Source: Tissierellia bacterium | GTDB taxonomy: Bacteria > Bacillota > Clostridia > Tissierellales > Tepidimicrobiaceae | NCBI GenBank assembly: GCA_012839745.1 | Contig: DUMS01000018.1 | Location: forward strand, 17,982 to 81,981 | DNA: 64,000 bases | Reading direction: 5' to 3' | Shown: one piece after another, positions 1 to 8,900 of the stretch | Numbering within the stretch: the first letter of the stretch is position 1 | Layout of the letters: each line of letters starts with the position of its first letter | Made by a program: the position numbers and the translations under genes | Notes under the pieces: model-generated | What the model saw: the letters and a program-made list of their open reading frames with translations, nothing else | Told to the model about the DNA's origin: nothing | Databases searched by the model: none

Positions 1-278
1 GAAGTAAACCCAAGGGACAGATACAATGAAAGCAAGGTCCATTATGACAGATGGTAAATACTCTTAAAAATGAAAAGGATCAAGTTTCATAAAACCATTC
101 TTTAAGCCTATGAGCAATGCGCAAGTCATCATTATACAACAGCATTAAATCAGCAGCTTCCTTATTCTCATCCTTAAGCTTATGGTAACGGGTTAGTATT
201 TATTGCACTTGTGAATAAACCTCCTTTGTATGTTTATTTTTTAGCCAATTAACATTTTAGTGGGTTTATTGCACGAGT

Positions 279-335
279 GCATTTTATTTTTTGGAAAAAA
301 TATTGGAGTACATTTTTGCACTCCAACATTTATTA
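279..335 (-). repeat. 57-bp repeat, copy A (orphan intrinsic-terminator-like hairpin)
   Basis: 55/57 nt identical to 10921-10977. On the minus strand it reads GTTGGAGTGCA-AAAA-TGTACTCCAA, then ATTTTTT. Weaker homology extends left to about 213 (shared AATAAACCT and CCAnTTAACA blocks). Confidence 0.8.
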
Positions 336-358
336 AAACCCGTTTTTTGCTTGTGGAC

Positions 359-387
359 TTGACATAAAAAGTACAATATTGTAAAAT
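359..387 (+). promoter_or_regulatory. sigma-A-type promoter candidate for the S8 protease gene
   Basis: TTGACA (359-364), 17 nt, TAAAAT (382-387), about 145 nt upstream of ATG 535. Confidence 0.5.
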
Positions 388-534
388 TATAGAAAATATA
401 GAAAATTATCTTGCAATTCATTATTATGTAAATATTAAGAATATACTAATTTAATTATAGGCAGGAGGTGGAAATGAAGGTAATAAAAAGATAAAATTAG
501 ACCATTTAACAAAAAAAAAGGGGGTTTTTGTTAA

Positions 535-3500
535 ATGTCAAAAAGGAAGAAAATTAACAGAGTGCTATCTCTACTGGTTATTGCTGTATTAACCTTAGGC
601 AGCTTTTCATCCCTAGCATATGCAGAGAAGGGGTTTATTAGGCTTGCCTTGGAAGACTTAAAGGAAGAAGCAGCAGCAAAGATCATGCCAGAAGTAAAGG
701 AAGACCTGAAGAAATCAGATACAGTAGAAGTTCTAGTATACTTAAAGGATCAGGTGGACACTGCTAGAGTGGCAGAGGCTACAAGGAAGGCAGTGGCAAT
801 GGAAATGACACCATACAATACTAAGCTGGCAATAAGAAGAGCAGTTGTACAAGCCTTACAGGACAAAGCAGAAGTAACGCAGAGGAATCTGCTGGAATAC
901 CTGCAGCAGGAAAAGGATAAGGGCAATATAGAGGAATTTAAATCATATCATATAGTCAATATGATATATGTAAAGGGAAGTAAGGAGGTCGTAGAAAACC
1001 TATCTTACAGGGCTGAGGTAGCGAAAATTTACAAAAATAAAACCCATCACATAGAAAAAATTAAGCTGGAGGAAGTAACTCCAGATTCAGATAACAGTAT
1101 TGAATGGAATGTTGGACGGGTAAAGGCAGATATGGTTTGGGAGCTAGGCATTGACGGTACAGGGGCAGTAGTAGGCTCGCTGGATTCAGGAGTAGATTGG
1201 ACCCATCCAGCTTTAAAGAACAAATGGAGGGGATATGATCCCGTTAATGATGAAATAGTAGAACCAGAAAAGAGCTGGTTTGACCCAATATATGAAACTA
1301 CATTGCCACAGGATTCGGATGGCCATGGTACACATGTAATGGGAACAATAGTAGGGCAGGAACCAGATGGAAGCAATAAGATAGGAGTGGCACCAGGAGC
1401 AAGGTGGATATCAGCTAGGGTGTTTGATGCAGCTGGTAATACAACAGACCAGATACTATTAGATGCAGCTGAATGGATGTTACACCCAGGTGGGGACCCA
1501 GGTGCTGCACCGGATGTGGTGAACAACTCCTGGGGAGGGCTGGATGGCATTGACGATTGGTACAGGCAAGCAGTGATTAACTGGTGCGAAGCAGGGATAT
1601 TCCCAGTGTTTTCTGCTGGGAACCAGAGATTGTTTGAGCCAGAACCCTGGCCAGGTTCAATAGTAGTCCCCGCCAACTATCCAGAATCCTTTGCAGTAGC
1701 AGCAACAGATATAAATGATAAGAGGGGAAGCTTTTCCAAACTGGGACCATCACCCTATGATGAGACCATGATTAAACCTGAAATATCAGCACCAGGAGTA
1801 AATGTAAGGTCCTCGATACCAGGAGGGTATGCTCTAGCTGATGGGACATCTATGGCAGCACCACATGTTACTGGAACCGTAGCCCTGATGATTTCTGCTA
1901 ACAGTGCTTTAACAGTTGAGGAGATAAGGGATATACTAACTGGAACAGCAAGGCCTTTAACCGATGAAACCTATAGAAGGTCACCAAACTTTGGATATGG
2001 ATACGGCTTGTTAGATGCATACGGAGCAGTAACAAATGTAGCTTCAGGCATAGGACTTATAGAAGGCAAGGTACTGGTTGAAGGGGAAGACCTGGAAGAT
2101 GTGACTATAATCCATGAACAGAAAATTAAAGAGATACTGCTTGGCATGGATGCGGAGATAGAGGCCAGAGTAATTGATGATGTGGCAGTTATGGAAGTGG
2201 AATTGCTGATGCAGCCAGAAGGCAAGTCCTATTGGTACTTAATTCCAATGGATAGGATTTCAGGAAATCACAAGGATGGAATATATAGGGGCATAGTAAG
2301 CTATGAGATCCTTCAAGAGGGCATTGTAAAATACAGGATAAGGGCCAGGGACTATGCAGGTGAAGCAAGGGTTACTGATGATTACTTCATAGAGGTATTA
2401 TTTGGAGTAAGGCCTGGCGAGTATATGGAAGGCTTTGAAAGCGAACCAATGGGTTGGATTTTCAATGGAGATTGGCAGTGGGGAGAAGCAGTAGAAGGAG
2501 TAGACCCTGAACCATATGAAGGAAGAGGATTGGCTGGTACTTTACTGGGAGGAAACCATTCTTACGACGCAGATAGCTGGATGATCAGCCCACCTATAGA
2601 CTTAAGAGATTCCTCGCTGGAAGAAGCAACCTTCAGATTCCACCACTGGTACGATACTTACAGTAATAATTACTACGGTGTCGTTTATGTAACAAATGAT
2701 TATGGCCAAAACTGGACACAGGTAGGGCCACAATATAGCAACAGCAGTAACGGATGGAAGGAAGTTGTAGTAGATTTAAGGGAGTACATTGGCTCACAAA
2801 ATCCAGTATATATAGGATTCCGCTTTGTGGCAGATGGTTTTTACCAAAGGTTAGGATGGTATATTGATAATGTCAGGATAGTAACAATAGATACAGAGGC
2901 ACCTACAGCTCCATTAAACCTTACTGCAACTACAAGTGCAAAGGGGATAAAGCTAAGCTGGGATGTTTCTATTGATGGAGATGTAAGCTACTATAGGATT
3001 TACAGGTCTGATGTCCAGGGAGGACCATATGATCTTATAGGTGAAGTAAGCATTAATACCTATCTGGATACAACAGCACCAAAGAATATAGAACAGTTCT
3101 ATGTTGTAACTGCTGTTGATTTGTCAGGCAATGAAAGTCAGTATTCAAATGAAGCTAGTGGCATAGCCCTTGAATATGTCGAGCTATATGGCTCAGATTT
3201 TGAGGAGGATAATGGCGGATTTACAACTGGTGTGACCTATCCAACAGAAATTATGTGGGAGTGGGGAACACCAACAACAGGACCAGGGGCAGCAGCTTCA
3301 GGGGAGAAGCTGTGGGCAACAAAGCTGCACGATAAATACGTAAGGAGCTCTTCATATATAGAATCGCCAGACATAACAATTCCAGAAGATCACAATGCAG
3401 TGCTGGTATTTAACCACTGGTATGATATGGAAAAGACAAGCATAGCATGGGATTATGGACAGGTACAGGTATCCAAAGATGGAGGACAAACCTGGGTTAA

Positions 3501-5877
3501 TATTACTCCAACTCCCGATGGAAAATACAGCGGACATGTGCGCCAGTGGTTCTATGAAGAATTGCCCTTAACTGCATATAAGGGGGATACAATTAAGATA
3601 AGGTTCTTCTTTAATTCAGATGCGGCAAATCACTTTGATGGCTGGTATGTAGATGATGTATACGTTATGGCCCTGCCAGAGGGAGAGCAGCCAGAAGCTG
3701 TGAGAATAGGATTGGGGGCAAAGCCAGCACCATCAGAAGCAGGAGAAAGAGTATCCTATGCTGAAATATTTAAGCGAGAGACTGAGGGCAAAGAAGCAGT
3801 ATATTTAACAGTATCTGATGAAGAGGTTAAGAATACCCCTATGTCAAGGGGGGCAGGGATACCAGATGAAGGCGCAACAGTAACAGTTCTTGAAACAGGA
3901 AGGACTGTAAAGACCAACCCAGTAACAGGAGAATACAGAATTTTCCTTCCCTTGGGAACCTATACCATAAGGGCAGAGGCCTACGGGTTTATTGAAGAAG
4001 AAAGGCAGGTTACAGTTACAGAAGAGCCAACAAAGATATCATTCCTGCTGGCAGTAAAACCCAGGGGAACCATAACAGGCAGGGCATATGACAGGTACTA
4101 TGGAAATCCAGCAGCAAATGCACTAATAAGCCTGGTGGAAGACAAGAGGGTAGCTCCAGTCAGAGCAGATGAAGAGGGTAACTTCACTATACCTGATGTG
4201 CTAATTGGAACTTATACCTTAAGGGTAATAGCAGATGGATTTGAAACAGGAGAGTTTACAGTTACTGTAAGCCCTAACGAAGTCACATATGTGGAGCTGG
4301 GGCTTAAGAGGTATGTTGGATATCCAGGAGAAATAGCCTACGATGATGGGACAGCAGAAAATGCCCTGGTATTGAACCAGGCAGGCAATGGGTTAGCTGT
4401 TAGGTTTACACCAGAAGGACTGGGTAAAGTAAAGGGCTTGAATATATACCTGTGGGGAGAAGATTGGCCAGTCCCAGGAGGAAATAGATTGGGATTTGTA
4501 ATCTATGATATAGTTAATGGGAAGCCAGTACAGGTAGGAGAGCCAATATTTGTGGACAACCTGACAAGGGGAGGCTGGAACTATATAGATTTGTCAAGCT
4601 ACGCATTTTTAACAGACAGGGATTTCTTCATATCCACAATTCAGGATCTGGAAGGCACAAGCTGCCCAGGAACGGCTGTAGATAAATCTTCGCCCCATGG
4701 AGACAGGTCCTACTTGAATATAATGGGAGAATTTATACCTCTGGCAGATGCAGATGTAGAAGGTGCCCTTATGATGAGGGCAGTCATGGAGTATGCAGTA
4801 CTGACCCCAGTCATAACCAACTTAGAGGAGGTCAACTACACAAATCAGGACAGCATAACTGTAGAGGGGACTGTGATAGTTGACACAATAGTAAACGTAT
4901 ATGTAAATGGGGAAAAGAAGGCCAGTGTGAATGCTGATAACCTAAGGTTTTCAGCAGAAGTAGAACTACCTCTGGAAGAAAACACAATAATGGTAACAGC
5001 AGAGATGAATGAGGTGGAGACTGAGCCTACACCAGCTTTAACGGTTATAAAGGATCAGGTGCTGCCAGAGCTGACTGTAGAAAGGCCAGAAGACAACATT
5101 AAGATAAATACAGATGTAGTCCATGTGGAAGGGTATGTATCGGATAACAGGGGCTTGAAGCAGCTATTGATAAATGGCAAGGTTGCAAGGGTAGATGAAT
5201 ATGGCCATTATCACGAGAGAGTGATAGTGGAAAACGGGACCAACATAATTACAGTTAGGGCTATAGACTTGGCAGGAAATGAAACAGTAGTTGAAAGAAT
5301 TGTACATGTAGGATTGGATTTACCAGAGGTAACAAATATTAAGCCAGATGAAGATGTAGTCTTGAGAGCTGGAGACGTACTGGTAGTAAGGTTTAACGCA
5401 CCAGCAGGTGGTACAGGCTACTTCAGGCTGATCGTTCCTATAGAAAGTGAGAATATGGCTGAATCCCTGGGAATCCCAGTGGAAGAAATATCAGATGGGC
5501 TGTATGAGGGCACTTGGACTGTTCCAGAAGGAGTGGCAGCTACAGGGCTACAGGTTCAGATAATTTATACAGACCCATATGGAAATGAGGTTGTGGCACT
5601 GGCAGCAGGAAGGGTAACTATAATAGGCAATATGAGGTACTTGGCAAATAATACAGTAATAGTCGATAATGAGGGATTTGACATTAACTACCTTAATAGG
5701 AATTCCAGCGCACAGGCTAAACTAATCCAGTGGTTGTCAATGGGAAGGGATGCCTACATTAAAGTAGCTGAAAATACAATAGTCGATATCTACGGCCAAC
5801 TGGTAAGCATAGAAGCATTACCTCAGTATTTGATTTACTATGACAGTGCAGGAAATGTACTATTCTATGAAAAATAG
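535..5877 (+). CDS. bpr: Secreted multidomain S8 (subtilisin-family) serine protease, bacillopeptidase F-like, 1780 aa
   Basis: Signal peptide ending SLAYA/EK and an I9-like propeptide. Catalytic motifs DSGVDWTHPAL, HGTHVMGT, NNSWGG and GTSMAAPHVTG. Long colinear runs with B. subtilis Bpr as I recall it (VAPGA.WI, APDVVNNSWGG, NYPESFA..ATDIN, KPEISAPGVN.RSS). Downstream are Ig-like, two jelly-roll/MAM-like, FN3, two carboxypeptidase-regulatory-like and Big-like modules. Confidence 0.9.
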   Translation: MSKRKKINRVLSLLVIAVLTLGSFSSLAYAEKGFIRLALEDLKEEAAAKIMPEVKEDLKKSDTVEVLVYLKDQVDTARVAEATRKAVAMEMTPYNTKLAIRRAVVQALQDKAEVTQRNLLEYLQQEKDKGNIEEFKSYHIVNMIYVKGSKEVVENLSYRAEVAKIYKNKTHHIEKIKLEEVTPDSDNSIEWNVGRVKADMVWELGIDGTGAVVGSLDSGVDWTHPALKNKWRGYDPVNDEIVEPEKSWFDPIYETTLPQDSDGHGTHVMGTIVGQEPDGSNKIGVAPGARWISARVFDAAGNTTDQILLDAAEWMLHPGGDPGAAPDVVNNSWGGLDGIDDWYRQAVINWCEAGIFPVFSAGNQRLFEPEPWPGSIVVPANYPESFAVAATDINDKRGSFSKLGPSPYDETMIKPEISAPGVNVRSSIPGGYALADGTSMAAPHVTGTVALMISANSALTVEEIRDILTGTARPLTDETYRRSPNFGYGYGLLDAYGAVTNVASGIGLIEGKVLVEGEDLEDVTIIHEQKIKEILLGMDAEIEARVIDDVAVMEVELLMQPEGKSYWYLIPMDRISGNHKDGIYRGIVSYEILQEGIVKYRIRARDYAGEARVTDDYFIEVLFGVRPGEYMEGFESEPMGWIFNGDWQWGEAVEGVDPEPYEGRGLAGTLLGGNHSYDADSWMISPPIDLRDSSLEEATFRFHHWYDTYSNNYYGVVYVTNDYGQNWTQVGPQYSNSSNGWKEVVVDLREYIGSQNPVYIGFRFVADGFYQRLGWYIDNVRIVTIDTEAPTAPLNLTATTSAKGIKLSWDVSIDGDVSYYRIYRSDVQGGPYDLIGEVSINTYLDTTAPKNIEQFYVVTAVDLSGNESQYSNEASGIALEYVELYGSDFEEDNGGFTTGVTYPTEIMWEWGTPTTGPGAAASGEKLWATKLHDKYVRSSSYIESPDITIPEDHNAVLVFNHWYDMEKTSIAWDYGQVQVSKDGGQTWVNITPTPDGKYSGHVRQWFYEELPLTAYKGDTIKIRFFFNSDAANHFDGWYVDDVYVMALPEGEQPEAVRIGLGAKPAPSEAGERVSYAEIFKRETEGKEAVYLTVSDEEVKNTPMSRGAGIPDEGATVTVLETGRTVKTNPVTGEYRIFLPLGTYTIRAEAYGFIEEERQVTVTEEPTKISFLLAVKPRGTITGRAYDRYYGNPAANALISLVEDKRVAPVRADEEGNFTIPDVLIGTYTLRVIADGFETGEFTVTVSPNEVTYVELGLKRYVGYPGEIAYDDGTAENALVLNQAGNGLAVRFTPEGLGKVKGLNIYLWGEDWPVPGGNRLGFVIYDIVNGKPVQVGEPIFVDNLTRGGWNYIDLSSYAFLTDRDFFISTIQDLEGTSCPGTAVDKSSPHGDRSYLNIMGEFIPLADADVEGALMMRAVMEYAVLTPVITNLEEVNYTNQDSITVEGTVIVDTIVNVYVNGEKKASVNADNLRFSAEVELPLEENTIMVTAEMNEVETEPTPALTVIKDQVLPELTVERPEDNIKINTDVVHVEGYVSDNRGLKQLLINGKVARVDEYGHYHERVIVENGTNIITVRAIDLAGNETVVERIVHVGLDLPEVTNIKPDEDVVLRAGDVLVVRFNAPAGGTGYFRLIVPIESENMAESLGIPVEEISDGLYEGTWTVPEGVAATGLQVQIIYTDPYGNEVVALAAGRVTIIGNMRYLANNTVIVDNEGFDINYLNRNSSAQAKLIQWLSMGRDAYIKVAENTIVDIYGQLVSIEALPQYLIYYDSAGNVLFYEK

Positions 5878-5890
5878 CTTGCAATTGAAT

Positions 5891-5919
5891 AGGCCCTCTT
5901 AAGGAATAAAAGAGGGCCT
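5891..5919 (+). terminator. Intercistronic hairpin without U-tract (partial terminator or stability element)
   Basis: AGGCCCTCTT - 9-nt loop - AAGAGGGCCT, a perfect 10-bp stem between the two giant genes. No T-run follows. Confidence 0.3.
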
Positions 5920-5958
5920 ATACTGGAATTGATAGAATAAAAAGGAGGGAACTTCTAG

Positions 5959-8900
5959 ATGCTAAAAAGGGGGAATATCAAACAAATACTGTCTGTGCTT
6001 GTTGCCGTAGCAATGATATTAGGCAGCCTATCAAGCTTTGCATATGCAGAAGGAACCCATAGGAATCCAACACCAGAGGGAGGTTTTAAGCCTTTTCAAA
6101 TTGTGAATTGGCAAGAGGATGGCAAACAGAAGATATACCTGGATGAGGCAGGAACAGGCTATGTAGAAGGCAAGTTACTAGTAGAAGGTGAAGACTTAGA
6201 AGATGCAGTCATAATTCATGAACAGAAGGTGGAAGAGGCATATTTAGGTTCTACTATAGAAGTGGAAGCAAGGGTAATGGATGATGTATCGGTAACAGAA
6301 GTAGAGCTTCTTGTGCAACCAGAGGGGAAGACCTACTGGTACCTAATCCCAATGGACAGGGTATCAGGAAACCATAAAGATGGGATCTATAAGGGTACTA
6401 TTAGCAGTGATATGATAAGCGGAAATAGCATAAGATATAGGATTAGGGCAAGGGATTTTTCAGGAGAAGCGACTATTACTCCAGATTATATTATAAGAAT
6501 TATATTTGGAGTAAAGCCCGGTGAATATGTACAGGGTTTTGAGGATATGGCAATAGGCTGGGTATTTAACGGAGACTGGAGTTTTGGTAAGGCTGTATCA
6601 GGAGTAGACCCAGAGCCTTATGAAGGAGAAGGCTTAGCAGGTACTGTACTGGGAGGCAATTATAGATCAAACGCCAGGGATTGGATGATAACACCACCTA
6701 TTGATTTAAGGGATGCCACCTTGGAAGAAGCAACTATAAGGTTCCACCACTGGTATAATATAGAAACCAACTATGACAACGGATTTGTCTATGCAACAAA
6801 TGACTATGGCCAAACCTGGAACCTCATTGGCGGGCCCTATACTGGAGCAAGTCAGCAATGGAATGAAGTTGTTATAAGCCTTGATGAGTATATAGGCTCG
6901 GAAGAACCAGTATTTGTTGGCTTCTACTTTACATCTGACAATGCTGTGAATAGGATTGGCTGGTATATTGATAATGTCAGAATAGTGGGCAAAGACCTGG
7001 AGCCTCCACAAAGTCCTGAGAACTTAACAGTTAGTGTTAGTCCAACTGGAATAAAGCTGGAGTGGGCTCACTTGTCAGTTGGAGACCTGTCTCATTATAA
7101 CATATATCGCTCTGAAGTATCAGGGGATGGATATGTGAAAATTGGGGAGACTGTGGAAAATACATTTAAGGATATAGATCTGGTACCTAATACTACCTAC
7201 TACTATGTGGTGACTGCTGAAGACCTGTCAGGAAATGAAAGCCCTTATTCAGTGGAAGTATCTGCAATGGCACCAGAGGTTGTAACACTGTTCTTTACAG
7301 ACTTTGAGGATGATAACGGCGGATTTACCACTAATGGGACCAACAACTGCTGGGAGTGGGGAGTGCCTACATCTGGGCCAAATGCAGCCTATTCAGGAGA
7401 AAAGCTATGGGCTACAAAGCTTAATGGGGATTACAATTATAACTTTGACGGGTATATTGAAAGCCCTCCAATAGAAATCCCAGAGGATAAGCTCCCATAC
7501 CTGATATTCACCCACTGGTACAATACTGAAAATAGATACGACTATGGCAATGTACAGGTGTCCAGCGATGGAGGCCAAACCTGGCAAATAGTTTCTCCAA
7601 ACTATACTAATGTAAGCAATGGCTGGATAACAGAGGAAATAGCCTTAAATCAATATGTAGGCACCACAATAAAAATCAGGTTTTTCTTCCATTCCGATAT
7701 GACACAGGTTCGGGCAGGTTGGTATATAGATGATGTTACCGTAAAAGCTATGGGCTATACTTTACCTGAAGAAGAAGTATTAAAATATGATGATGGAACA
7801 GCAGAAAATGCTACAACCATGAATCAGGCGGGTTATGGATTAGCTGTAAGGTTTACCCCAACCCTATATGGCAAATTGACAGGTGCTGATATTTACCTGT
7901 GGGGTAATGATTGGCCACAACCAGGTGGAAATAGGTTGGGATTTGCAGTATATGAGGTAAGGGAAGACGGTAGGATAGCAAAAGTAGGAGAAACAATCTA
8001 TGTAGACAACTTAACAAGAGGTGGTTGGAACCATATAGACTTATCCCAGTTGAATTTCTTTACTGATAAGGATTTCTATATTTCAACCATACAGGATAGA
8101 GAAGGAAGCTATGTTCCAGGAACAGGGATAGATGAGAATTCACCTTATGGTAGCAGATCCTATGCAAATATAATAGGACAAATGCAACCATTTTCCAGCC
8201 TAGGAGGTTCAGGAGCTGTAATGATTAGGGCCCATATGAATTACACTTTTACACCAGAAGAAGGCTCAAGACCCCAGGTGGAATTGGTAGAGGAAATTAA
8301 TGTTGATGATAGGGAAGTTTTACAATTTGCATATGGGGAACCTGACGGAGAGAATAGGGATGATTCTGTAATTCCAGAGCCAGATTATAAGATAATAGAT
8401 GAAACTAATCCAGAGTATGAGATAGTCTATGATGAAGAGATTGAAAACATTCCAATGTCAAGGGGGTTCGGTATACCAGTTGACGAGGCAACTATAACAG
8501 TCCTTGAAACAGGAACAGTTGTAAATCCAAGTCCAGTAAACGGAGAATATAGAATAGCCCTGTCTGAAGGAACTTATACATTAAGGGCTGAGTCCTATGG
8601 CTATATTGAGCAGGAAATAGTGGTAGAAGTCAGGGCCGGTGAGGTTACTGAGCAGTCCTTCTTCCTGCCATTGAAGCCAAGGAATACAATAAGGGGTAGA
8701 ATATTCGACAGGTATTCAAAGGGGCCTGTAGTCAATGCCCTGGTTAGATTGGTAGAAGATAACAGAGTACAGCCTGTTACAACAGATGATGAAGGAACCT
8801 TTGTTATGCCAAATGTGCTAATAGGGACATATACCTTGAAGGTAACTAGTGGAAATTATGAGCCAGCAGAATTTACAGTAGTTGTTGAAGAAGAGGAAGA

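Noticed and set aside
474-494. Six-codon mini-ORF (MKVIKR) with a strong SD (AGGAGGTGG) in the protease leader, plus a tandem ATAGAAAAT x2 at 389-406.
   Set aside because: It is too short and has no attenuator structure that I can link to it. A chance SD-like purine run in an AT-rich leader is likely. I note it only as a possible leader peptide.
1047-1676. 209-aa antisense ORF inside the S8 protease gene, and the similar 9771-10400 antisense ORF inside the paralog.
   Set aside because: Both lie entirely within strongly supported sense-strand genes. They are low-complexity Ser/Pro/Gly-rich translations with no RBS, typical shadow ORFs. The same applies to 13710-14108, 21569-22057, 22928-23398, 27058-27621, 33921-34484, 49536-50024, 62666-63217 and the other antisense track entries.
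408-5896. Shared CTTGCAATT(C/G)A motif upstream of both giant genes (409-419 and 5878-5888) as a common operator.
   Set aside because: It is only a 9-10 nt match in AT-rich DNA with no dyad symmetry, so the evidence is insufficient.
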